Assembly: GCA_049510745.1 (NCBI GenBank)
Contig: JBEKYR010000021.1
Coordinates: 1-64,000, forward strand
Direction: 5' to 3'
DNA length: 64,000 bases
DNA from: Verrucomicrobiota bacterium
GTDB lineage: Bacteria; Verrucomicrobiota; Verrucomicrobiia; Limisphaerales; Palsa-1400
How positions within the stretch are numbered: the stretch's first letter is position 1; the number at the start of each line of letters is the position of its first letter. The translations under genes were made by a program, and so were the position numbers. The notes beneath the pieces were generated by a model, which saw only the letters and a program-made list of their open reading frames with translations, searched no databases and was not told the DNA's origin. Positions 27,437-36,693 of this stretch are shown piece after piece.

Positions 27437-28365
27437 TGGACAAATTCTACATCGATGCCGCCCGTCTTTTGCTGGAGAGCGTGCCAGTCATTTCAGATAT
27501 CACGTATTTTGCCATGAAAGGGGGCACGGCGATCAATCTGTTTGTCCAAAACATGCCCCGGCTGTCGGTGGATATTGATGTGGTTTATACCGATCACAGC
27601 ACGCCGCGCCCAGCAGCCTTAAAGGCCATCTCAGACGGATTGGCTCAGGCGTGCAAACAACTCGCAAAATTGGGATTGGAAGCTGAGATTTCGGCCACGA
27701 TGAAAGGGGACGAAACCAAACTCTTCATCTGGCGGGGACGCGTTCAGGTGAAAGTGGAAGTAAATCACGTCTTCCGTGGCACGGTGTTGCCAGTTGAAAC
27801 GCGGGCGTTGAATGTCGAAGCCAGGCGCATTTTCACAACCGAGTTATCAGCGCCGGTTCTCGCCCCCGCCGAACTTTACGGCAGCAAACTTGTCGCCGCA
27901 ATGGATCGCCAACATCCACGCGACATTTTTGATGTTCGCGGGCTCTATGAGACAACCGGACTGACCGACGACGTGATCGAATGTTCCGTCTGTTATCTCG
28001 CCGGCCACAATCGCCCCGTCCACGAGGTGTTATTTTCACGCGATCAGGATATGTCGGCATCATTTGAGAACGAATTCCAGGGCATGACGCAAAGCCCGAT
28101 TTCATTAGCCGAATTACAGGACGTGCGGGCGAGGCTCAAAAAGGAACTGCCCGCCAAATTGACAGCCAATCAGCGGCAGTTTTTACTTGGCCTGGTGTCC
28201 GGTGAGCCCGACTGGCAACTGATGAAATGCCCTCATCTCCAGAAATTGCCGGCTATTCAGTGGAAACTTCACAACCTCGCTCGCCTGAAAACATCCAATC
28301 CGAAAAAGTTCGCGCAGCAGGCCGAGGAACTGCGCGTCCGATTCGCTGCCAAAACAAATTCATAG
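27433..28365 (+). CDS. type IV toxin-antitoxin toxin, AbiEii nucleotidyltransferase
   Basis: KGGTAINL, RLSVDID and KLVAAMDRQHPRDIFD. Confidence 0.92.
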   Translation: MMDKFYIDAARLLLESVPVISDITYFAMKGGTAINLFVQNMPRLSVDIDVVYTDHSTPRPAALKAISDGLAQACKQLAKLGLEAEISATMKGDETKLFIWRGRVQVKVEVNHVFRGTVLPVETRALNVEARRIFTTELSAPVLAPAELYGSKLVAAMDRQHPRDIFDVRGLYETTGLTDDVIECSVCYLAGHNRPVHEVLFSRDQDMSASFENEFQGMTQSPISLAELQDVRARLKKELPAKLTANQRQFLLGLVSGEPDWQLMKCPHLQKLPAIQWKLHNLARLKTSNPKKFAQQAEELRVRFAAKTNS

Positions 28366-28755
28366 ACGCCAACGCAAGGCTGGGGCGAGCTGCTGATCCG
28401 GCCGGAATAAACAGGCCAGTCGATTCGGGCCGAAAAGCTGACCACGATTCTGCCACCGCTAAATCTGGGCAGTTGATGGATGGGCAGGTGAGAAGCGTAC
28501 TAGCGGGAGTTTCCTCAAACGGGTGAGGGAATGGGAAGCTGCGTGAATCGTCGGCGATGGTATTCGTCTTGACACATGATCAACAAGGTTCGGCTCTTGG
28601 GTCCAACGATTTTACCCTGGAAAAAGCTGAAAAAGGGTGCCAATTCTTTCCCCCCGTTTTCCCCCCGCACCTGGCGGGCGCATGATGCCGCATGACACCG
28701 CTATAGATTTCTCTCCCTCGGAAGGGCCATTTTTACGAGGGAGAATTGTTGTGGC

Positions 28756-28806
28756 TTCTGACTTCGGATCAGAAGGTTGCAGGTTCAAGTCCTGCTGGAT
28801 GCGCCA
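28756..28806 (+). mobile_element. 3' fragment of tRNA-Arg(TCG), att-like site
   Basis: Anticodon arm TCTGA-CTTCGGA-TCAGA, T arm GCAGG-TTCAAGT-CCTGC and CCA end; no D arm or 5' acceptor strand upstream. Confidence 0.85.
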
Positions 28807-28991
28807 CATTATCAACGACTTACGCAAACTCGGTTTTTTGGAAAGACGGGAGTAGTATAAAAAGTAGTATAATGTGCCTCCACGTTTCAGGGCGTTTCAG
28901 GGAGTGCCGTCCTTGGAGCATTCAATGGTCAAAACGCGACATCCTGCATGAATCCGTCGGAACGAAGGGCTTCCGCGTAGGCCTTCGAGAT

Positions 28992-29324
28992 TCAAGCAAA
29001 TCCGCCTGAATATGTCCCCAATCGAATTCCAACCAGATCGGGGTAACGGGCCTGCTGCTCGACAATTGGCCGGTCGTAGCGGACGAGGATCACTCGGCAG
29101 CCGCGATTGACAAGTTCGGAGCGAAGTTCGCGGTCGCGGGCGGCCTGGTCTGGTTGGTCGTGGACTGAGCCGTCACAATGGACGCAGACGTTTGGAGCAT
29201 GGAAAAAGTCGGGGATGCAACGCTGTTCGGCGATTGGTCGTTGAGCTTCGTCGGGGAGGCGGTGGAAGCCTGCGGCAAGAGTGCTGAGGAAATCGCGCTC
29301 GGTGCCGGACCGGGAATCAGTCAT
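28992..29324 (-). pseudogene. C-terminal fragment of a helicase-associated DUF559/Vsr-like nuclease domain
   Basis: [30 protein letters not shown]; no helicase portion upstream. Confidence 0.6.
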
Positions 29325-29362
29325 GGAGCGAAGCCGAGGCCGTCAATGCTGGCCGCGAGGCC

Positions 29363-29602
29363 GTGGCGGTAGCGACCGACCGCTACAAGGAAGGTAGAGC
29401 GAGCTATTACGAAGTTCTCGAGGCGCAGCAGCAACTCTTTCCCGCGGAAAACGCGCTATCGCAGATCGAGGCCGGGCGCCGGCTGGCGGTCGTTCAACTT
29501 TACAAAGCCTTGGGCGGCGGTTGGCCGCTCAAAGACTCAGAGTGGTCTGGAATGAGCGCCCGGGTATCATCCTCTCATCATGGCGGCACTGGAGGTCAAT
29601 GA
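29363..29602 (+). pseudogene. C-terminal fragment of an outer-membrane efflux protein (NodT/OprM family)
   Basis: RYKEGRASYYEVLEAQQQL..VQLYKALGGGW. Confidence 0.8.
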
Positions 29603-29788
29603 TGGTCTGCATGAGGAGGTTCCGCTCCTCAAGGTGCCGGTCGGAAGGCTTGCCTAGGATTCCGAATTCTCCAGCTTTTCTTTGGCCTTTCCGTAAATAA
29701 CTGCCGTGACCGAGATCAGAAATGGCCACCAAAACTGTGAAATGTTCCCGGCGGGGCGAGGCGTTGTCCCCCACAGAAGAATTGCGCT

Positions 29789-31027
29789 TTGGCCCGGCAA
29801 ACCGCAGAGTCGGTTCAGCTTTCGCGGGTCTTGAAATCACAAAACGACGCCGTTTATGCCGTGATCGCCAGCTTTTTGGGCTGGACGCTGGATGCTTTTG
29901 ACTTTTTTGTCCTGGTCTTTGTCCTCTCGAAAGCGGCGGCGGATTTTCATGTTTCCCTCAAGGACCAGATGACGCTGGCCATCACCGTGACCCTGGCTTT
30001 TCGCCCGCTGGGAGCCGTGATTTTCGGGTTGCTCGCCGACCACTACGGGCGGCGGCGTCCGATGATGGCAAATCTGGTCTTTTTCTCCGTGATGGAGGTG
30101 CTCTCCGGCTTGGCGCCAAGTTTCGGCGTGTTCATGGTCTGCCGGGCGCTCTTCGGCATCGGGATGGGCGGGGAATGGGGCGTGGGCGCGGCGCTGTCGA
30201 TGGAGAAGGTTCCGCCACGATGGCGCGGTTTTTTCTCCGGCCTCTTGCAACAAGGCTACCCGTGCGGCTACCTGCTGGCGGCGTGCTGCTTCCGCTTCCT
30301 TCCGGAAAGCTGGAGTTGGCGCGCGCTCTTTTTCATCGGCGGGCTGCCCGCGTTGCTGGCCGTGTTCGTGTGCTACAAGGTCAAGGAGTCCGATGTCTGG
30401 CAGCACAATCGGGCGGAGACGTGGTCGGGCCTGGGCCGGGCAGCGGCGCGTCACTGGAAGCTTTTTCTGTATTTGGCGGTATTGATGACGATGATGAATC
30501 TGGCCTCACACGGAACGCAGGACCTGTATCCGAGTTTTCTGGAGCAGGAGCGCCATTTCAGCAAGGCGCAGGTCGGCAACACCGCCATCATTTACAATCT
30601 GGGCGCGGTAGTCGGGGGCGTGTGTTTCGGGCTTATTTCCGATCGGGTTGGGCGGCGGCGGAGCATTGCGCTGGCATTGCTGCTGGCTGTGGGCGTGATC
30701 CCGCTCTGGTCGTCCGGCGCCACGGCCACGTCATTGGTAGCGGGGGCGTTTCTGATTCAATTCCTGGTGCAAGGGGCGTGGGGGGTGATCCCGGCGCACA
30801 TCACCGAGGTGTCGCCCAACGCTGTGCGCGGCTTCCTGCCAGGATTCGCCTACCAATGCGGTGTGTTGCTGGCCGGGAACGCGGCGCACGTCGAAGCGCA
30901 ACTGTCCAAGGGCAGCACCTATTCCAACGCAATGGCGATGACCGCCTTCACCGCCTTCTGCCTCGGCGCCGTCGTCATTGTTCTTGGGCCGGAGCGCAGG
31001 GCAGCGGCGTTTGCGGCAGAGGAATAA
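29789..31027 (+). CDS. MFS transporter, sialate/carboxylate:H+ symporter-like
   Basis: GWTLDAFDF, ADHYGRR, GMGGEWG and HGTQDLYP; start uncertain. Confidence 0.9.
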   Translation: MARQTAESVQLSRVLKSQNDAVYAVIASFLGWTLDAFDFFVLVFVLSKAAADFHVSLKDQMTLAITVTLAFRPLGAVIFGLLADHYGRRRPMMANLVFFSVMEVLSGLAPSFGVFMVCRALFGIGMGGEWGVGAALSMEKVPPRWRGFFSGLLQQGYPCGYLLAACCFRFLPESWSWRALFFIGGLPALLAVFVCYKVKESDVWQHNRAETWSGLGRAAARHWKLFLYLAVLMTMMNLASHGTQDLYPSFLEQERHFSKAQVGNTAIIYNLGAVVGGVCFGLISDRVGRRRSIALALLLAVGVIPLWSSGATATSLVAGAFLIQFLVQGAWGVIPAHITEVSPNAVRGFLPGFAYQCGVLLAGNAAHVEAQLSKGSTYSNAMAMTAFTAFCLGAVVIVLGPERRAAAFAAEE

Positions 31028-31191
31028 CGGGAATAAATTCAGTGGAGAGTGGGGAGTGGAGAGTGATGAGTGTAAAAACCCTGCCGCCCACTTTCCACTC
31101 TGCATTTTCTTCCGGTGTCTGTTCTTTGTTGTCTGACTTTAGCCTTCAGCCTTTAGCCTTTGGAAATTGGCTGCCTCGCCCGGTTTCGCTT

Positions 31192-31276
31192 CCGCCTATG
31201 CGCGTTGCGCTTCGGCGGCCAAGCCCGCGTTAAAACGAAGGCGGGCTTGGCCGCCGTAGCCGACTGGCGAAGGCGG
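31192..31276. repeat. REP-like long inverted repeat
   Basis: CGGCGGCCAAGCCCGC (31213-31228) pairs with GCGGGCTTGGCCGCCG (31241-31256); outer CCGCCT/AGGCGG. Confidence 0.65.
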
Positions 31277-31548
31277 CTCGCCCGGGAAGGTTCTGCCCCT
31301 CCGATTTCTGGGTGTAGGCCAGACGTGATGCAATTTCACCACCGAGCGGAAATTGGCTGCCGGGGCTGGATTTGTTATGTGGAGCACCGGTTTATGTGCA
31401 GTGATCAGCCCGAACACAACCGTCCCAAAGCTCCTGGCTGAAAAGATTTTTCCGAGCATCTGCACATAAGACGGCAGCCCCAGCTCCAGGGTAACGGCGA
31501 TCCAGATTTTGGTTGCATTATCGGACGCATGAACGTTTTATTTGCCTT

Positions 31549-31968
31549 ATGAAAATCCCGCATTTCCTGTGTACTTTGTCGGTCGTTTCATTGACCGCTT
31601 GTTCGACCACGACGAGCAACGAGAAGCAGGCTTCGTCGAAGACCGACCCTGAAACAGTGTTGGTGACTTACCACGTCAGGTCCGGCAAGGAAGCAGAGTT
31701 TCAAGAGTTGCTGTCGCGTGCTTGGGAGATTTATCGGAAGGAGCACTTGGTATTCGCTCAACCGCACGTTATCGTTCAGGACAAGGAAAGTGGCGATAAA
31801 CCTCGTTTCATCGAGATTTTTACATGGGTGAGCCACTCTGCGCCGGAACACGCTCCCGGCTCTGTGAAGACGATTTGGGATCAAATGCAGTCGCAATGTG
31901 AGGCGCGTGACGGACATGGTGGTCTCGTCGGTGGGGAGGTTGATCTGCTCGCCCCTCACGCGAGATGA
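31549..31968 (+). CDS. hypothetical lipoprotein
   Basis: Signal peptide with lipobox LTAC; VTYHVRSGKEAEF..FIEIFTW resembles a dimeric alpha-beta barrel. Confidence 0.65.
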   Translation: MKIPHFLCTLSVVSLTACSTTTSNEKQASSKTDPETVLVTYHVRSGKEAEFQELLSRAWEIYRKEHLVFAQPHVIVQDKESGDKPRFIEIFTWVSHSAPEHAPGSVKTIWDQMQSQCEARDGHGGLVGGEVDLLAPHAR

Positions 31969-32171
31969 AGTGTCTGCACTTCATTGGTTCGAGCAACGCA
32001 TGTGACGTGAACGTGACTGCCCGAACTGAATCCGGCTCGCTCAAGCCAGCGTCCCGTGAGGCGAATTTTTGGTTTTGTGAGGCCCTTCCATGGATCACCA
32101 TCGGCCTCAATCTTCAATTTACGACAGAACGGGTCCGGCTTAGTCGGCCTAAGCGATTTGCTTTCAAACAT
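31956..32171 (-). CDS. SymE-like small protein (possibly degenerate)
   Basis: RKLKI..PKIRLTGRWLERAGF..G..V.V pattern of the SymE family. Confidence 0.6.
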   Translation of the reverse strand: MFESKSLRPTKPDPFCRKLKIEADGDPWKGLTKPKIRLTGRWLERAGFSSGSHVHVTCVARTNEVQTLHLA

Positions 32172-32344
32172 AACACCCCTTCGAGGTGAAACCCATCTTG
32201 ACGTCAATACCGCATCCACCCGTGGAAGTAAATCCGACTCGTGGGGACACTGCCGACGCTCTCGACGTCCTGTCTCTGCCTTTTTGACTACACGAGCGAA
32301 TTGCCGTGACTTGCCCGGCACAATTCGGCTGATATAGTCGCCGC

Positions 32345-34654
32345 ATGAGGCGCTTTGAGTATCCACGTGTCGTGGCCCGGTATTCTACAATAGCGGGCTT
32401 AGCCGTCGGTTTCTTCATCTTCGCCAGTCCGCCGGCATTGCCGGCAGAATCGACCTTTAACTGGAAAGGTGGCCCCGGCGGTTGGAATGATGCTTCTATG
32501 TGGGGCGGACTCGTTCCTTCGGGAACTACTGGAGCATGGATCAACGGCACGAAAGAGAAACCCGGTGAAGTGACGTTGGCAGGGGCTGATGCCTTGGTGA
32601 ACCATCTCAGCATCGCCGACGGCGGCAACAGCGTCGCTTCTTTAGTGCTGGATGGACCCGCCTTGACCGTGAGCGGCACCGTTGACGTCGGCAAGTACAA
32701 CGGGTCGGAAGGGCGTTTCGTTCTCCGTGCAGGTCGCGTGTTTGCCAGCACGATATTCGTCTCCGGCGGCGGCGGGCCGGGGATGCGCGGACGCGGCACG
32801 ATTGCGATTGACAGTGGTTCGCTCGTCACGAAAGACATTGAACTTGGCGTGTCCGCCGGTTGCCATTCCACACTGCACATCATCGGATCGAAGAGCTCCG
32901 GCATCGCCACGGAGGACGGATTGCACATCGGTGTCTATAACTATCTCACCCTGGAGAAGGAACCGCCGCCCAGCACGACCGAATTGATCTTCGACCTCGA
33001 TGCCGACGGGGTGACGCCAATCTTTACATGGGGCAAGACGGAGGGACGGGTCAACTTTCCGGTTCCCGATGGAAAAGGCAACGGCCTGGGCAGTTGCCAG
33101 CTTGAGGTGAATCTGCTCGCGCTGCCGCCGACTGGCGACATTCTGCTGATCGGGTGTGCAAATTCATGCCACGGCACATTCACAGACCTGGCCGAGGGCA
33201 GGCCTGTGCGAGCGAAATTCAACGGGAAAACGTACGAGTGGAAGCTGACGTATCGGGGTGGTCCAACGGGACATGACATCCTGTTGACCGACGCTCGCGT
33301 TGTCACCGCCGACGGCAAAATGGTTTCTTACGTGGACGGAAAACCGGCGAAGGCTTTCCGGTTCGATCGGACCCTGGTGGAATCCGCGTATCGGACGTTC
33401 TATAGGCAATCTGATGCGGAGGAACCTCCCTTTGGCGGCGCGACGCCGGCGTTTCCCGGCGCGGAAGGATACGGCGCCTACGCTCGCGGCGGGCGAGGCG
33501 GACAGGTTCTTTTTGTCACGAATCTCAACGATTCGGGCCCCGGCAGCTTGCGCGAAGCGATTGAGACAAAAGGTCCCCGCACGGTCCTCTTCCGCGTGGG
33601 GGGCGTGATCGAGACCAAGGGGCTGGAAATCCGCGAGCCGTACATCACCATCGCAGGCCAAGCCGCTCCGGGGGATGGAATTTGCATCAAGCGTGTCGAG
33701 AGTGGAGGGGGTGCGCTCATGCTCGTTGGAACGCACGACGTCGTCATTCGCTACCTCCGCATCCGCGCCGGCAACAACACCGGCCAGTTTCGGGGCGAGA
33801 GCTTCCGCGCCTCTGACAGCGACAACTTCATCATCGATCATTGCTCCTGTAGTTGGGGCAATCCAGAAACGCTTTCTGCATCAGGGACGGCCGACCTTTA
33901 CACGGTCCAGTGGAACATTATTTCGGAAGGCAACGCCCAGCAGCGGCATGCGTTTGCGAGCATTGCGGGCGGCAACCGAAGCACGTGGCACCATAATCTC
34001 TTTGCCCACATGCTCAGCCGCGTTCCGCGCTGGGGCGACATCACCGTGCAATGCGATTTCCGGAATAACGTGATCTATGACTGGGGATTTTACTGCGGTT
34101 ACGGAGATCTGCGGTCGTTAAACTACGTCAACAATTTCCTCCGCAAGGGCGCGTCCACGACTCAGAACCCGCCCCTTTTCGTTCTCGACCCGAAAGTAAT
34201 CCTTCCGGGGTCGCTGTATGTCAACGGCAACATCATGGAAGGATTTCCGGAGGTTTCCCGGGACAATTGGAAAGGCGTGAGCGCGGCTCGATCCTTCGAG
34301 AGCCGCCAGCCTTTCGCGGCTCCGCCGGTGCAGACGCAATCGGCGGAGGCCGCATTTGACTTGGTGCTCAGCAACGCAGGCGCCACGTTGCCGCGGCGCG
34401 ATTTAGTGGACCTCCGTGACGTCTCCGATGTGCGCAATCGCACCGGCAAAATCATCAACAACGAGAACCAGGTCGGCGGTTGGCCAGTGTACGCTTCGGG
34501 TGAACCGCCGGCCGACGGCACCCATGATGGGATTCCGGACCAGTGGAAAAAGAGCCACGGATTGTCCGTGAGCGATCCAGGTTTGGGCAAATCCGTCAAC
34601 GCCGATGGCTACACGGAATTGGAAGTGTATTTGAATTCGCTAACGACGAAATAG
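32345..34654 (+). CDS. secreted pectate lyase-like (PL1) protein with N-terminal beta-rich extension
   Basis: AFPGAEGYG..GGRGG..VTNLNDSGPGSLREA, TIAGQAAPGDG, IIDHCSCSW, HHNLFAH..RVPR and DFRNNVIY. Confidence 0.9.
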   Translation: MRRFEYPRVVARYSTIAGLAVGFFIFASPPALPAESTFNWKGGPGGWNDASMWGGLVPSGTTGAWINGTKEKPGEVTLAGADALVNHLSIADGGNSVASLVLDGPALTVSGTVDVGKYNGSEGRFVLRAGRVFASTIFVSGGGGPGMRGRGTIAIDSGSLVTKDIELGVSAGCHSTLHIIGSKSSGIATEDGLHIGVYNYLTLEKEPPPSTTELIFDLDADGVTPIFTWGKTEGRVNFPVPDGKGNGLGSCQLEVNLLALPPTGDILLIGCANSCHGTFTDLAEGRPVRAKFNGKTYEWKLTYRGGPTGHDILLTDARVVTADGKMVSYVDGKPAKAFRFDRTLVESAYRTFYRQSDAEEPPFGGATPAFPGAEGYGAYARGGRGGQVLFVTNLNDSGPGSLREAIETKGPRTVLFRVGGVIETKGLEIREPYITIAGQAAPGDGICIKRVESGGGALMLVGTHDVVIRYLRIRAGNNTGQFRGESFRASDSDNFIIDHCSCSWGNPETLSASGTADLYTVQWNIISEGNAQQRHAFASIAGGNRSTWHHNLFAHMLSRVPRWGDITVQCDFRNNVIYDWGFYCGYGDLRSLNYVNNFLRKGASTTQNPPLFVLDPKVILPGSLYVNGNIMEGFPEVSRDNWKGVSAARSFESRQPFAAPPVQTQSAEAAFDLVLSNAGATLPRRDLVDLRDVSDVRNRTGKIINNENQVGGWPVYASGEPPADGTHDGIPDQWKKSHGLSVSDPGLGKSVNADGYTELEVYLNSLTTK

Positions 34655-34790
34655 GCGCCGATTGTTGGCTGGACTACACCACAGGGACAGAAATGGCCTG
34701 CCAGCCGTAGCCGCGCAGGAGCAACAATGGAGGTTTTTTCTTGATGTCGTAATCCACAAACGCCTACTTTGCCTCGTTGACCATTTGCTT

Positions 34791-36029
34791 ATGAAAAAAA
34801 CTGCGTTTCTGTTCGGCCTGATTTTGACATCGCTCACACTGGCTTCGTCCGCGCGCGAGATTCCCGTGGTGGCTCCGGAAAAGGCCGGATTGTCCGAAGC
34901 CAAACTCGCCGAGGTGGACCGGTTCATGGATCGCCAGGTCGGCGAGCAGAAACTTGCCGGCGGCATCGTGATGGTTTCGCACGGAGGCAAGATCGGCTTT
35001 TTCCACACTTACGGTCTGATGGATCGCGAGGCGCAGAAACTGATGAGACCCGACACGATCTTCCGCATCTACTCGATGAGCAAGGCGATCACCACCGCCG
35101 CCGCGCTGAATCTTCATGATGCCGGCAAAATGGGTTTGGACGATCCGGTTTCCAAATACATTCCCAGCTTCGCGCATCTCATGGTGGCGACGACGAACGG
35201 GCTGCGCGCGCCGGCGCGATCGGTGACCATTCGCGATCTGATGCTGCACATCTCCGGCCTGACATACGGTGACGGCCCCGACGCGCTCAAGAAAGCTTAC
35301 TCACGCTTGAAACCGTTGGAGTCCACCAACCTCGCCGAGATGGCGGAGAAGCTTTCCCAAGTGCCACTGGCGTTCGATCCCGGGATGGACTGGAATTATG
35401 GCGTCGGGATTGATGTTTTGGGCCGCGTGATCGAAGTCGTGAGCGGCAAGGGCCTCGATGAGTTTCTGGCCCAAACCATTTTCCGGCCGCTGGACATGAA
35501 AGACACCGCCTTCAGCGTGCCGCCGGAAAAACTCGACCGGTTTGCGGCGAATTACAGCCGGACCAACGGATTGAAAGTGATTGACGCTCCCGCTGAATCG
35601 AAGTTCGCGGGGAAAGTCACCTTTTTCTCCGGCGGCGGCGGGCTGGTCAGTACGGCTCACGATTACATGCGGTTCCTGGCGATGATCGAGCGCGGCGGCA
35701 CACTGGACGGACATCGCATCCTGCAACCCAAGACCGTGAAACTCATGTCAAGCAATTTGCTTCCCGAAAAAGCCTTCCCGATTTATTTCGGAAAAGAAAA
35801 ACGTCTGGGCGCCGGCTTTGGACTGGGCTTTGCAGTTTGCACGGAAGTCACCAGTTGGGATCCGGCGGCGCACGCCGGCGAATTCGGCTGGGACGGCGCC
35901 GCCTCCACTCATTATTGGATCAGCCCTTCGGACAAACTCATCGTGGTGACGCTGGAACAAATCATGCCTTACGAATGGGACACGGAACGCGGCGTGAAGA
36001 AAATAATCTACGACTCAATCCAGAAATAA
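34791..36029 (+). CDS. serine hydrolase, beta-lactamase class C-like
   Basis: Signal peptide; FRIYSMSKAIT (SxxK), WNYG, SGGGGLVST and FGWDG. Confidence 0.9.
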   Translation: MKKTAFLFGLILTSLTLASSAREIPVVAPEKAGLSEAKLAEVDRFMDRQVGEQKLAGGIVMVSHGGKIGFFHTYGLMDREAQKLMRPDTIFRIYSMSKAITTAAALNLHDAGKMGLDDPVSKYIPSFAHLMVATTNGLRAPARSVTIRDLMLHISGLTYGDGPDALKKAYSRLKPLESTNLAEMAEKLSQVPLAFDPGMDWNYGVGIDVLGRVIEVVSGKGLDEFLAQTIFRPLDMKDTAFSVPPEKLDRFAANYSRTNGLKVIDAPAESKFAGKVTFFSGGGGLVSTAHDYMRFLAMIERGGTLDGHRILQPKTVKLMSSNLLPEKAFPIYFGKEKRLGAGFGLGFAVCTEVTSWDPAAHAGEFGWDGAASTHYWISPSDKLIVVTLEQIMPYEWDTERGVKKIIYDSIQK

Positions 36030-36103
36030 CAGCGTGTTTCTCTCAACACTTACGCCCGGAGGGAAAACCTCGCCTGGACGGCGGCTTCGGTGTAAACAAG
36101 GGC

Positions 36104-36523
36104 ATGACCTATCAACGAGAAATCCAGGTTCAAACCACCGGCCATAAAGAAATGCACGACCTCACCGGCGAGGTGGCCCGGATCGTGAACGAATCAGGCG
36201 TGCGGTCCGGTGTGGTGCATATTTTCAACGTCGGCAGCACCGCCGCGATTGGCACGATTGAATTCGAACCGGGTCTCCAGGAAGACCTGCCAAGTATATT
36301 GGACAAACTGATTCCGCCGAGCCGTGACTACGGCCACGAACACGCCTGGCACGATGGCAACGGCCATTCCCATTTGCAGGCGACGATGCTTGGCCCTTCG
36401 CTCGCAGTGCCCATCAAAGATCGCAAACTCCTGCTGGGCACATGGCAGCAAATCTTCCATCTCGAGTGCGACATCAAACCGCGCCGGCGCACGATTGCGA
36501 TCACGGTGATGGGCGAGTCGTGA
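36104..36523 (+). CDS. yjbQ: YjbQ/UPF0047 family protein
   Basis: GSTAAI..EPGL..DGNGHSHLQA..LGTWQQI. Confidence 0.88.
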   Translation: MTYQREIQVQTTGHKEMHDLTGEVARIVNESGVRSGVVHIFNVGSTAAIGTIEFEPGLQEDLPSILDKLIPPSRDYGHEHAWHDGNGHSHLQATMLGPSLAVPIKDRKLLLGTWQQIFHLECDIKPRRRTIAITVMGES

Positions 36524-36693
36524 CCATCCGGCTGGCGTCAACGTCTCCACGTTTTTGCTCCGGCCGAAGAACGCGATGCCTTCGTCGCCCGCGTCAAGCA
36601 GTCGATGCCATAACCAGAACAGCAATTCCACTCCAAAAAGCGGCACTGGGTTGCGCCTGCGCGAATTGGGCCAAAAGGAATTCGCCAGCGTGA

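Noticed and set aside
28735..28806. Intact tRNA-Arg gene
   Set aside because: Upstream bases form no D arm and do not pair with the 3' acceptor strand; only the 3' part is present
31440..31530. Possible IS4-family transposase scrap (SDNATKIWIAV on the minus strand)
   Set aside because: Similarity is too short, with no terminal repeats or DDE region
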